Shown here piece by piece: positions 1 to 12,075 of a DNA stretch of 64,000 bases. The notes below the pieces were generated by a model. That model was given only the letters and a program-made list of their open reading frames with translations. It searched no databases and was not told the DNA's origin. The stretch covers positions 3,100,001-3,164,000 of the forward strand of contig OX597831.1 in assembly GCA_951406725.2 (NCBI GenBank), in the 5' to 3' direction. Within the stretch, counting starts at the first letter, position 1. Each line of letters opens with the position of its first letter. The translations under genes were made by a program, and so were the position numbers. The stretch comes from Octopus vulgaris. Lineage: Eukaryota.

Positions 1-340
1 TTTTTTTTTTCTATATGTCTGTAGAAAGTAAAGTCATGAAGTGTAAGAGAGAAGGAGAGAGAAAAGAAGAGGGAAAGCTATCGTACAGTGAATTACGGTT
101 GCTTTTCTGTAGACGAAACTTTCAGTAATAAAAGAACTTGAAAGCCATTTTGTGATACAAGTATATTCAAATTAGAATTTTTAGAATTTTCTATACAGTG
201 TAGACTTTGATAATTGCTTTCTGTTAATAAAATTTACACACTCCAAATTAGCTAATAAGCGGCTTTTTAAAACTATAGCTAGATTAAATTTTTTGCTTAA
301 CATAAGTAAGCGGGGACAAATTTGCTCAGCAATACTAAGC

Positions 341-391
<51 letters not shown>

Positions 392-399
392 AATAAATG

Positions 400-645
400 C
401 ACCCTTTTAAAGCCTAGCCAGGCTCATGGGCCCGGTTTCCTGGTTTCAATGGCGTATGTGTTCCCCAGCTGGACGGGACGCCAGTCCATCGCAGCGTTAC
501 TTATTTTTGCCAGCTGAGTGGACTGGAGCAATGTGAAATGAAGTGTTTTGCTCAAGAACACAACGCGTCGCACGGTCCAGAAATCGAAACCACAATTTTA
601 CGATCATGATGCTGACACCCTAACCACTAAACCACGCGCCTCTAC
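400..645 (-). mobile_element. tRNA-derived SINE, group C (head tggaggcgcgtggcttagtggttag)
   Basis: Minus strand has A-box-like tggtttagtgg and B-box-like ggtttcgattt. Related heads at 14059, 21423, 39657, 53329, 54094 and 56085. Confidence 0.85.
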
Positions 646-655
646 ACACACACAC

Positions 656-702
<47 letters not shown>

Positions 703-711
703 CACACATCA

Positions 712-880
712 TTGAAATTCATAGAAAAACAAAAGACGGAGACAGGTGTAAGAACAACAAGCAGGTGTATTAGTTTGACGCTCGGGAAAGTGACAAAGTC
801 TTTTATGTTTCGAGCCTACGCTCTTCAGCAGAAAGGAATAAGAGAAAATAAACAGAAATGTAACGGTCAAGCATGGCGAC
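712..880 (-). mobile_element. Short HHR-bearing non-autonomous element (family E, Penelope-like)
   Basis: Homologous to 34870-35047 and more distantly to 48253-48462. Adjoins a (TC)n/(CA)n tract. Confidence 0.65.
800..835 (-). ncRNA. Minimal hammerhead-like motif, variant core
   Basis: Minus strand reads cttt CTGCTGA A gagc gtag gctc GAAAC AT A aaag. Stem I is cttt/aaag and stem II is gagc/gctc. Confidence 0.5.
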
Positions 881-2129
881 TGAAAGACTTAAAAAAATTG
901 TGGATTTAGCGATATCCTTTTAATCTTGATTAATTTTGGCGAAAAATGTAAGTATTATGCATAGGAAGTTACATGGTGCCTACATAGGCACCATGAGTTT
1001 GCTATGAAGGAAACACTGTCAGCATGTTGGAGACTGGGAATTGTAATAATGGTCGTACATAGTGGATGTAGCTGTATCGAAGATTGACTATTGTGATAGC
1101 ACTGTATTATATAAATCATGATATGGCGTGTAATGTTGCATGGTACGTTCTATGGCAATGAACAGCAGTGCAGTATGCTGTATCTTCTATGTTATAGTCT
1201 TGCTGCGTTGTGTGTAGTGTCTTCCATACTAAAGCACTATTTTGTGCTGCAGTCTTAGTTATACGTATAGTGTTACTTTTGATCAAGTTGACCAATAATA
1301 AAAGGCGTTCCGGTTATGACCATCCCGCTTTATTATGTATCTGTTATATACAGCAGATTAAGCGACTACAGACAGATTCTCTCGTTGGATCGTGCAATGT
1401 AAGCGGGGACAAAAAGCCGCTTATTAGCTAATTTGGAGTATGTAAATTTTATTAACAGAAAGCAATTATCAAAGTCTACACTGTATAGAAAATTCTAAAA
1501 ATTCTAATTTGAATATACTTGTATCACAATATGGCTTTCAAGTTCTTTTATTACTGAAAGTTTCGTCTACAGAAAAGCAACCGTAATTCACTGTACGATG
1601 GCTTTCCCTCTTCTTTTCTCTCTCTTTCTTTCTCCCTCTCCTTCTCTCTTACACTTCAGTAATGTGGTTTGGCGTGTAAGGTGTATAGCATACCGTAGTA
1701 TGGTTTATAGTATGATGTCGTGGCTTCTATGGCATAGTATAGCGTGGTTGATCGTATAGTTTTGCAGGTTCTATGGCTTAGTATAGTGTAAGCATGAGCA
1801 ACCTTTTCAGAAGCAGGTCACATGAGACACAACTTACCGTCAGGCGCACCGCGTTACTAAAATACATTAGAGGCAATTTTTCGTTAAGCAAACCATTCAG
1901 AAAGCCTCATGGGATGCACTTTGTCCATAACAGGTTTAATGTTGTGGTTTCTCTGGTTTCGTACGGTGGATTCTGCCTTACAGTGCAATGGGTTCTATGG
2001 CCTAGTATAGTATGTTCAGTGTTATTATAGTGTTCAATAGTCTATGCTTAGTATTGTGGGGGATCTTTATGGCGTAGTGATGAAGTGGTCGAGGAACTGT
2101 GGGGGTTTAGATTTGGCCTATAGAACTGG

Positions 2130-3560
2130 TTATGGTGATGATGCTGATGATGATGATGAGGATGAGAGGGATGATGGTGACAATGATGATGATGTTTGTG
2201 AAGAAGATGACAACGATATGAGATGATGATGATGGTAAATGATAAATTGCTGATAATGACAACGATTGTGGTGATGACGATCGTGATGATGATAGCGAGA
2301 GTGAAGATGGCGGCAGCGATGGCGATGCTACCGGCGGATAACGATAACGATTATGGCGATCGTGGTAATAACGATGATGATGATGATGACGACGACGACG
2401 ATGATGATGATGATGATGATGATGATGATAATGTGACTGCTGCTGCTGCTGCTGCTGATGATGATGATGATATAGTGTACTCTATTACAATAATTGTTTT
2501 CACAGCTGTTGTCTTTTTCCTTTTTTATTGATTGTTGTTGTTGTTGTTGTTTGTAGTGGTGGTAGTGGTGGGCTGGTATTGTTGTTGTTGTTGTTGTTGG
2601 TAGTAGTAGTGGTGGTTTTTGCAGTAGTGGTAGTGGTAGTATTATTGGGTGGTGGTTGGGGCAGCAAAGGGTGGCGATGGATTTTTGTTGTTGTTGTTGT
2701 TGTTGTTCGTGGCGGTGGTGGTGGTGGTGGAGGAGAAGGCAGTGGCTTTTGTTGTTGTAGCTGTTTGTATTGTTGGCAGAGGCGGTGGCGCGGTGGTGGT
2801 GGTGGTGGTGGAGGGTTGAAGCTCTGGCGTTTGTTTTGTTGTTGTCGATGGCGGGGAAGGCGTCGTTCATTGTTGTTGTTGTTGTTGTTGTTATTGTTGT
2901 TGTTGTTTATGGTGGTGGTGATGGTAGTAGTGGTGGTGGTGGTGGTGGTGGTGAACACAATAGAAGCAATGGCTGATATAATTGTTGTTGTTGTTGTTGG
3001 TGGTGGTGGTTTCATTGATGGTGTTGTCTGTCGTTTCTGTTGGCCCTGTTTGTTGTTGTTGTTGTTGTTGTTGTTGTTGGAGGTGGTGGTCATGGCGGCA
3101 GAAGTAGTGGCTTTTGTTATTGTTATTGTTGTTGCTGTTGTTGTAGTTGATGTGATGTGGGTGATTTTTTGCCTGTAGGGGGGAATAAAGGAGGAACTGC
3201 CTCGATGTCGGTGGCGGCGGCGTCGGTGTTGGCGGCGGCGGTGTTGGTGGCGGTGGTGGTGGTGGCGGCGGTGGTGACGGTGGCGGCGACGATGGCGGCG
3301 GCTTGTATTTCTCTTCTTTGATGTTGTAGCTGTTCTTACTATTGTCGTAAAGACGTCTATTGCTGTTTTGTTGGTAGTACTTATGGCTGCAATAGTGTTG
3401 CGCCTAGTAGCGGTAGTGGTGGTGGTGGTGGTGGTGGTAATGATGGTAGTAGTAGTAGTAGTGGTGGTGGTGGTGGTGGTGGTGGTGGTAGAATTGTTGT
3501 TGTTGTAGTTGTTGTTGTTGTAGGTGGTGGTGGTGGTGGATGGGGCTTGTTGAGGTGGTG
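2130..3560. repeat. Compound trinucleotide microsatellite field (GAT, GTT, GGT, GGC)
   Basis: Directly visible; produces the poly-D/V/G/P ORFs. Confidence 0.95.
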
Positions 3561-3599
3561 ATAGTGGCTGGTTATGCTTGTTTATTAGTCTGTCTAGTT

Positions 3600-3799
3600 C
3601 TGAGTGTATGTGTGTGTGTGTGTGTGTGTGACTGTGTATGTGTGTGCGCGTGTGTGTCTGTGTGTGTGTGACTGTGTGTGTGTGTGTGTGTATTTGTGGT
3701 GTCTGGTGTCTGTCTGATGTAGATGAATGAGTTCATCAGTCTGTCTACTATGTATACTATATATATATACTATATATATATGTGTGTATATAAATATAC

Positions 3800-3830
<31 letters not shown>

Positions 3831-4212
3831 GTGTGTGTATTTGTATATAGGATATATGTATTTATGTTATGTATTTATATATTTATATGTATGTATATGT
3901 GTATGTATTATATATATGTATGCTTTTAATTTTGTGTGTATATATATGTATATATATATATGTATGTAGGTATGTATTAGGTATGTATGTATTTCTCTAT
4001 ATATTTGTATATATGTATATATATATATATGTGTGTGTGTATGTATATATCTATATATCTGTATGTAGGTATGTATGTATTTATATATTTGCATATATGT
4101 ATATATATATATGTGAATGTATTTAGATATGTATTTCTCTATATATTTGTATATATGTATATATTTATATATGTGTGTGTGTGTGCCTTGCGTGTATGTA
4201 TTTATGCATATG

Positions 4213-4264
<52 letters not shown>

Positions 4265-6220
4265 TGTATGTATGTATGTATGTATGTATATATTGCATGT
4301 ATGTATGTATGTATGTCTGTATGGGTTGCGTGTGCCTGGTGTGCGTGGCGTGTGTGCGTGTGTTTGTGTGTGTGTGTATACGTGTATGGTTTGTGTGTGT
4401 GTGTGTGTGGGAGGTGTGTGTTCGTGGTGGGTCTGGTGTGTACTTGTATGTGTATGTGTTGTGTGTGTCGTTTGTGTGTTAGGATGCGTCGGGCTTGCGG
4501 TTATGTGGCAATGCTCGTAGTGTCTCTGTATCTGTGTGCGTGGCAGAAGTGTGAGCGTGTGCGAGGTAGGTGTATGTGTGCGTGTATGAGTGTGTGTATG
4601 TGGTGTATGTGTGAGGGATGTGTAAGAGTGAAGGATGTATGTGTGTGTGTGCGTGCGTGTCTGTGTGTGTATTTGTGTGTGTGTATAAGATATATATATG
4701 TATATATATATATATATATATATTTATGTATGTGTGTGCGTGTGTGTCTGTGTGTATTTGTGTGTGTGTGTATAAGATATATATATATATATTTATGTAT
4801 GTGTGTGTGTGTGTGTTTGTGAGGGATGTGTGTGGTAGGTGTATGGTGTGTGTGCGTGAGAGAGAGAGAGAGAGAGATATGTGTGAGGTATGTGTGTGTG
4901 TGTGTGTGGGGGGGTATGTATAGGTGTGTGGTATGTGTGTGTGTGTGTGTGAGGGGGGTATTAGAGGGGGGATGTGTGTGTGTGTGAGGGACGTGTGCGG
5001 TGTGTGAGAGATGTGTATGCGTGAGAGATGTGTTTGTAGGAAGGATTTATGTGTGCGCGTATGCGTCGATGTGTGCGCCGTGTGTAAGTTAAGTGTGGCG
5101 TGCGCGCGCGCGCGCGTGTATTGTTCCTCTCCTTTTCTGCCCCTCACCTACCAACCACACTCTTAATTGTTATTGTAATTAAGTCACCGCCATACATACG
5201 TATGTGTGTGTGTGTGTGTGTGCATATTGTATGTGTGTGTGTGTGAGGACGCACGTGCCAATATGTAGGTGTGTGATCGTGATTGGGAAATGTGTGTCAA
5301 AGTGTGTGCGTGTGTGTATTTATGAATGTAAAGTGTGCGTTTATGTGAGGTGAGCGAAGTTGTCAACGTATGTTAGTACGTGTGTGTATGTATGTGTATG
5401 CGTGTATGTATGTGTGTGATATTGAATGTGTGTGTGTGTGTGAGTGTATGTGTGTGTGTGTGTGTGTGTGTGTATGTATATGTATGTATGTATGTGTGTG
5501 TGTGTGTGTGTGTGTGTGCGCTCCCTTGTTAGAACGTGTGTGTGTGATATTGAATGTGTGTGTGTGTGAGTGTATGTGTGTATGTATGTGTGTGTGTGTG
5601 TGTGTGTGCTCGCTTGTTAGAACGTATGTGTGTGATATTGAATGTGTGTGTGTGTATGTATTAGTGTGTGTGTGTGAGTGTATGTGTGTATGTATGTGTA
5701 TGTATGTATATGTGTGTGTGTGTGTGTGTGCTCGCTTGTTAGAACATATGTGTGTGATATTGAATGTGTGTGTGTATGTGTATGTATTAGTGTGTGTGTG
5801 TGTGTATGTATGTGTGTGTGTGTGCTCGCTTGTTAGAACGTATGTGTGTGACATTGAATGTGTGTGTGTATGTGTATGTATTAGTGTGTGTGTGTGTGTA
5901 TGTATGTGTGTGTGTGTGCTCGCTTGTTAGAACGTATGTGTGTGACATTGAATGTGTGTGTGTATGTGTATGTATTAGTGTGTGTGAGTGTATGTTTGTA
6001 TGTATGTGTGTGTGTGTGTGCTCGCTTGTTAGAACGTATGTGTGTGATATTGAATGTGTGTGTGTGTTTGTATGTGTTCTTGTGTAAGTTGAATGAATTT
6101 GTCAACGTATGTCCGTGAATGTGTAAGTCTGTGTGTATGTGTGCGTGTGCATGTTTGCATGTTTGCATGTTTGTGTATGTGTGTGCATGTATTGTGTGCA
6201 TGTGTGTGTGTGTGTGTTTC
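3600..6220. repeat. Compound TG/TA/TATG microsatellite field, including a (CG)n run near 5098-5117
   Basis: Directly visible. Confidence 0.95.
5415..6062 (+). repeat. Minisatellite of about 88-122 bp units built on a TG microsatellite
   Basis: Anchor gctcgcttgttagaacgtatgtgtgtgatattgaatg at 5520, 5608, 5730, 5824, 5918 and 6020. Confidence 0.9.
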
Positions 6221-6284
6221 CATGTCATTCACGAAAACCATGTTGTTGTTGTTTTGCCGCTATTATTGTAATTATGTCTGCTTT

Positions 6285-7596
6285 ACTCCTCCCTTCCCCT
6301 CCCCCCTTCCCTTCCGTCCGTCTTTCCCCCCCTTTTCTTCTTTTTCTTTTTCTTCTTCTTCTTCTTCCTCCTCCCTCATCTCCCCACCACCACCACCACC
6401 ACCACGTCGTTTACCGCCACTTCACCCACCCTCTCTTACCCTACCTATTCACTTTCCTTCCTTCCTCTCACCGTCAACCCTTCCCCCCCCACCAACATCC
6501 ACCGCCACCTCCGCCTCCGCCGCCACCACCACGTGTTGATGCCGCTGTATGTGGTAGGGAAGGGGTTAGTTCTTACTTTCCTCCTCTCCTTCAACGCCCT
6601 CCCCCCCGCCGCCTGCCATCTTCCCCCACCTCCACCTCCACCAATAACATTGTTATTGTTATTGTTGTTATCACTTCGCCGGCGTCTTCCTTCCTTCCCT
6701 CCCTCTCCCCTCCCTTCTCCGCTTCTTCCCCCCCACCAACCTTCGTTTCCCCTCCCCATCTCACCCATCAACTTTACACCTTTTATTTCCTTTCCACCAC
6801 CACCACCACCACCACCACCACCACCACCACCACCACCACCACCACCACCACCACTACCACCATCATCATCATCATCATCATCATCATCGTCGTCGTCGTC
6901 ACCACCGTCCCCACATTTATCTCCCCCCCCCATCGTATCCACCACCACCATCACGCCGTCTCCGCCGCCGTCGTCACCATTGTTTCGACGGTCATCTCCG
7001 CCGACCACGTCTACCACAACACGATTACTCCTGCCACCACCACCACCACCACTATCACCGCCACCACCACCACCATGTCCACCGTATTGTTGTCGTAGTG
7101 GTGGTGTGGTGGTTATAATTATGAAGGAGGAAAAAAAAAGGTAAGTTCCAATCATTCAATCCCATCCAAACCCGTCTCACTGTCGTCAATGAAACCACCA
7201 CCAACACCACCACCACCACCACCACCACCACCACCACCACCCACCACCACCACCACCACCACCACCACCACCACCACCACCACCACCACCACCACCACCA
7301 CCACCACCACCACCACCTCCACCGCGACCACACCGCCACCACATCCTCCATCTACACCATTATTATAATCTCCACCGCCACCACCACCACCACCACCAAA
7401 CAAATGTAAGCTTTTTACCCCCTCCCTTCCGATCACCCCCACCCTCCAATGCTTTTATGGCGTTGTTGTTGTTGTGGTGGTGGCGGCGGTGGTGGCGGTG
7501 GTGGTGGCGGTGGTATTTCTCCATCTCCTTCCAAGTTCATTATTTTACTCCTCTGCCCACCAACATCCACACACCACAACGTTACAATGATGTCCG

Positions 7597-7627
<31 letters not shown>

Positions 7628-7970
7628 TTGGTGGCGATAGCGATGATGACGACATAGGGGAATTCCCTTTCAAATTCTCGTCGCCGCCGTCTCTCCCTTC
7701 TTCCACACACCACCACCACCACCACCAGCACCACCACCACTACCACCATCATCATCACCTCTGTTTTGTTCGTTAGCGGCATTCCCCTTTTCATTTACCA
7801 CTCCTCCCCTTCTTCTTTCTCTCCGCCTCACGCTACTACTCCCCCCACTCCATTCCGTCTCAACCGCCTCTCCATCCTCCTACCACCATATTGTTGATAT
7901 TGTGTGACACCTGTTCATCACTTTGAACATTTCCACCTTCCTCCATCCGCTTCCCCCCCCCCCCCACCCA
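6285..7970. repeat. C-rich low-complexity and (CAC)n field
   Basis: Long (ACC)n runs at 6795-6860 and 7195-7320. Confidence 0.9.
7121..7140 (+). CDS. Candidate first coding exon of a small-ORF gene (MKEEKKR, phase 2)
   Basis: ATG at 7121 followed by a consensus donor AG|GTAAGT at 7140/7141. Phase is compatible with the exon at 25910. No homology recognised. Confidence 0.25.
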
Positions 7971-8037
7971 ACGCTTGTTTACATTAAGACAGACAAGCGG
8001 CGGGAAAAAGTGTGTGGAGTGATATCATAACTGTTTG

Positions 8038-8550
8038 TGTTGCTAAGGTGTGCTTGTCCTTGTTACTAGGCAACGATGTGCTTGTCGCTAGGCTATGCTG
8101 TCCTTGTTGCTAGGATATGCTGTCCTTGTCGCTAAGGTATAACATTCTTGTTGCTAACATGTCCTTGTCCTCGTTGCTAAGCAATGCTGTGCTCGTTGCT
8201 AGGATACGCTGTTCTTGTTACTAGGTTGTGCTATCCTTGTTGCTAGGTTATGCTGTCCTTGTCGCTAGGTATAACATTCTTGTTGCTAACATGTCCTTGT
8301 TCGTTGCTAAGCAATGCTGTGCTCGTTGCTAGGATACGCTGTTCTTGTTACTAGGTTGTGCTATCCTTGTTGCTAGGTTATGCTGTCCTTGTCGCTAAGG
8401 TATAACATTCTTGTTGCTAACATGTCCTTGTCCTCGTTGCTAAGCAATGCTGTGCTCGTTGCTAGGATACGCTGTTCTTGTTACTAGGTTGTGCTATCCT
8501 TGTTGCTAGGTTATGCTGTCCTGGCTGCTCGCCAAAGCTTTGTTGCTAAG
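8038..8550 (+). repeat. Higher-order tandem array: about 22-bp monomer, about 133-bp unit x3, rich in GTTGCTAGG (RFX half-site-like)
   Basis: Higher-order units start at 8119, 8252, 8382 and 8515. GTTACTAGGCAAC at 8062-8074. Confidence 0.9.
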
Positions 8551-9137
8551 GGTTACTGTCACTATATTTCAGCTGTGTATTGGCAATCAACTGTGAAAAT
8601 GTCGAACAGAACGACTTATATCTCTAAGTTCTGGGTTCAAATCGTACTTGGGTCAACTTTTACTTTTTGTCTTCTCGGAACCAATAAAATAAGATATCAA
8701 TCAAATACTGGGGTCGATTTAATCGATTACATCTCCTTATTATGCCATTGCACTTATCAATACAGAAATCAATATTTTTAGGCTGTGTTCTTCCTTGACT
8801 ATTAATTCTAGCCTTGTTGCTAGGTGCTTTTTTTCTTGTTGCTAGGGTTTCTTAATCTTCGATGTTCTTTATACACTTACTAACTTTAATCCATATACTT
8901 ACGATCAAAGATATTCCGGCCGTGACCAACACATGTCTTTAAGGTGGAGGTGGAGGTGGCGGCGGCTGTGAGATTACGATGTAGGGTTGGGTTGTGGTTG
9001 TTGTTGGTGTTGTTGATGTTGTTGCTATTGTTGTTTTAACTACAGGTCAACCCTGGTCCAGCAAACCTATGATCGAATGCATTCCAGCCTATGTGTAAGG
9101 AGAACCTACAGCCACTCCATTCAACGTGTCCGTGCTT

Positions 9138-9340
9138 TTAAGAAAGCTTACTCCGGGCAAAATGCTTAGCGGCATTTCGCCCGACTTTATGCTCCGCGTT
9201 CAAATTTTGCCGAGGTCGACTTTCCCTTTCACCCTTACGGGGTCGATAAAATAAGTACCTGTTGAGCACTAGGATTAATGTAATCGACTTCCACCTCCCC
9301 CAAAATTGCTGGCCTTGTGCCAAAACCCGAAACTATTATT
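9138..9340 (+). mobile_element. SINE group B (Nin/Deu-like domain gcctttcatcctttcggggtcgataaa..agtacc)
   Basis: Homologous to the copy at 51421. An older copy lies at about 8600-8780. Confidence 0.8.
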
Positions 9341-9572
9341 TGAGCAAGATTTGGCAGCTATTTCTAGCAGCGCGGGTTCGGGCGGCCTCGTAGAGGCGTT
9401 TTCTTTAGCTCCTTGGTCGATGGTGACGGGAACTGGCAATAGGAATGATGGTGGGGTTTCTTTTTGTTAAGAGAATCTCTGTTAATTGTCCCCAGGTCAG
9501 TTCTATTTAAGAAGACTTCTGATAATTGATGGTCTAGCCATGAACGCACTCTCTTGATATATTAATATATAT

Positions 9573-9720
9573 AGGCGGGACCATGGCTGCGTGGTAAGAT
9601 CTGCTTCCCAACCACATTGAGTGACGTCTTGGGCAAGTCTCGTCTACTATAGCCTCGGATTGACTAATGCCTTGTGAGTGAACTTGGTAGACGGAAACTG
9701 AAAGAAGCCCATTGTATATA
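9573..9720 (+). mobile_element. SINE group A, 5' half
   Basis: Matches the head of the 10095 and 16962 copies. Confidence 0.75.
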
Positions 9721-9724
9721 TACC

Positions 9725-10060
9725 GATTCTGATGTTAAAATCACGTGATTTGTGGAAAGGATTACGGAAAGGCGACAACCTTCAAAGAAATCCAGAGTAG
9801 AGCCCCGTAGGCGGTTTAGTGATCGACTCGACACTCTTCCGGCAGTTCTTGCAACCAAGCTGGTGCCAAACGTAATGCTCTGCACTCCTTTGGACTACGT
9901 CAGCAAGGTCAAGAGAGGAATCCTGACGATTGGGCTACCCAGGATTTTCTTACATCTAGCCGAGGCCTGCGCAAAACTGGAGAAGACATGAAATGTAAGA
10001 ACCAGACTGGATTAGTTTATGCGCAACTCCATTGTCTCTCGAGACAAAAGGATGCCAACA
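9725..10060 (+). mobile_element. Probable LINE (RTE-like) 5'-region fragment
   Basis: Non-SINE repeat-like segment resembling RTE 5' UTRs; recognition only. Confidence 0.35.
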
Positions 10061-10094
10061 ACTGGGGTCGATAAATGCAACTAAAATTTCTGAA

Positions 10095-10516
10095 GGCGCA
10101 GGAGTGGCTGTGTGGTAAGTAGCTTGCTTACCAGCCACATGGTTCCGGGCTCAGTCCCACTGCACCTTGGGCACATTGAGCAAATGTCTCTTGTGAGTGG
10201 CAGCTTGGGCTAATGTCTCGTGTGAGTGGAAACTGAAAGAAGCCCGTCGTATATATGTATATGTGTATGTATATGTATATATATATATATGTGTGTGTCT
10301 GTGTGTGTATGTTTGTGTGTCTGTGTTTGTCCCCCCAACATCGCTTGACAACCGATGCTGGTGTGTTTACGTCCCCGTAACTTAGCCGTTCAGCAAAAAG
10401 AGACCGCTAGAATAAGTACTAGGCTTCCAAAGAATAAGTCCTGGGGTCGATTTGCTCGACTAAAAGGCGGTGCTCCAGCATGGCCGCAGTCAAATGACCG
10501 AAACAAGTAAAAGAGT
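10095..10516 (+). mobile_element. tRNA-derived SINE group A (ggcgcaggagtggctgtgtggtaag...aagtaaaagag) with internal TA/TG microsatellite
   Basis: tRNA-like head, CORE-like ccttgggcaagt and a conserved 3' domain ggcggtgctccagcatggccgcagtc. Many copies in the window. Confidence 0.9.
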
Positions 10517-11290
10517 ATATATAGTAATATCTAGGACTACTTTATCCAATGCGTTCTTTCCTTTTCTAATGTCAGTATTAAGGTATATGATTTGAGTGAG
10601 TTTTTGGTTGCTTTTTCTAGCAAATCACGTAGCGGCTCCATTTTCAATTCAACTAATGGAAAATATCGTTGTTGCTAGAAAGAAATTTCTACACGATGTT
10701 TTTGTTGTAGTTCTTAATATATATTCGTTGCTGTTTCTGGTATATATTGTACCTACTAAGTTCTGTTGACGTAGTTTGCATCCTGATAGTTATAATGAAA
10801 CTTATCTCGAACAGGTAGAAATATACAGTCTTTTGCAGGTTTCTCTAAAAAAAAAACTATGTGCAACCTTCTGCAACGTTTGAGAGGGGAGGAAAAAAAA
10901 ATCATTATACCGGAATATATTTTGGTCGCTTTAGTTTTATCTAAAGCCTATCTTTTCAACTAATTGCGAATTTTAGAAACCTCTATTTATATTCCATTAC
11001 CTACACTTATAATTACTTGTTTAAAGTAATTACGATTGTGTTTGAACACAAATCTGGAGAGCTTTGCAGTAAAAAAAAAAGTTACAGTTGTGGTGGTGGT
11101 GGTGGTAGCGGTGGTAGCGGCGACGGCGGCGCGAGGTGGTAGTGACGGCGGCGGAGATGTCGGTAGCGTGTTTATTTTCCAAAACTTTACTTTTGTTACA
11201 TTTTGTTAGAGATTAAAACAATAGGTTTAGCAGTATAATTTTTAAAAAAAAATACTGCCTTGTCAGATGGCGGTTAGCCTTAATGTGGCC

Positions 11291-11490
11291 GGCTTTCTCC
11301 GTCCGGGTTGCGGATCCGTGGAATAAGCTGCCGGACGAGATAGTGAAGATGCCGACGACCGCTCGGTTCAAAGTCTCTCTTGACCAGAAATGGCCTGAAC
11401 TCTTTGCATGAACACCCTCCCTGTACATAACTCCATGTCCCCATACATGGCCTTGCTTTTTGCTTTTTGAGTCAAAAATTAACTTAACTT
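11291..11490 (+). mobile_element. CR1/L2-like LINE 3' end
   Basis: Encodes FSVRVADPWNKLPDEIVKMPTTARFKVSLDQKWPELFA*, the typical CR1/L2 ORF2 C-terminus, followed by a short 3' UTR. Confidence 0.8.
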
Positions 11491-12031
11491 ATCCAGCATT
11501 AAAACGTTACCCGCTTTCACCATAGAAGCACTAAGCTGTACCATATTATTGTTGTTAGGTAAACCCCTCTCAAGACTCGGTTATCTTTTAAGGAGTGCCT
11601 CTCCTTTGGACACTGTATATCAAACTGACTGTTGGTGCTGTGTTAAGCAAACATATATTTCGCGAGCAAACTAGACTTGTATCTAGGTGCTAAAAAGAAC
11701 AGCCGTATATATCCTCCAAATCGCATCGTGTTCTTGAAAAGAGAGAGAAAAAAAGGATACATTGGATAATCTTGTCCTAAATAAAATATGTTGGAGCAGC
11801 AGAGACTCTGGTTGCAGTTCGAACGCCTGTTCGACCAAGACTTAATGCGAAGAATGAAGGATTTTTTTTTGCTTACCAACTACATGGTTCCGGGTTCAGT
11901 CCCACTGCGTGGCACCTTGGGCAAGTGTCTTCTACTATAGCCTCGGGCCGACCAAAGCCTTGTGAGTGGATTTGGTAAACGGAAACTGAAAGAAACCCGT
12001 CGTATGTATGTATATATGTGTGTATGCGTGC

Positions 12032-12070
<39 letters not shown>

Positions 12071-12075
<5 letters not shown>

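Larger units (their letters stand above)
37..1658. repeat. Long inverted repeat; arms 37-268 and 1411-1658, spacer about 1.14 kb
   Basis: tgaagtgtaagagagaagg...taagcggcttttt (37-268) is the near-perfect reverse complement of aaaaagccgctta...cttacacttca (1411-1658). Confidence 0.95.

Noticed and set aside
101-135. HHR-like CTGTAGA c GAAAC tttca GTA in the inverted-repeat arm
   Set aside because: There is no stem II and stem I is poor; probably chance.
5415-6062. CRISPR-like repeat-spacer pattern
   Set aside because: The spacers are TG microsatellite, the context is eukaryotic and there are no cas genes.
2223-7657. Poly-V/P/H/Q/G and CV/YI-rich ORFs, also at 19-21, 30-31, 33, 36-38, 44 and 48-49 kb
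   Set aside because: Simple-repeat artefacts, open in several frames and on both strands.
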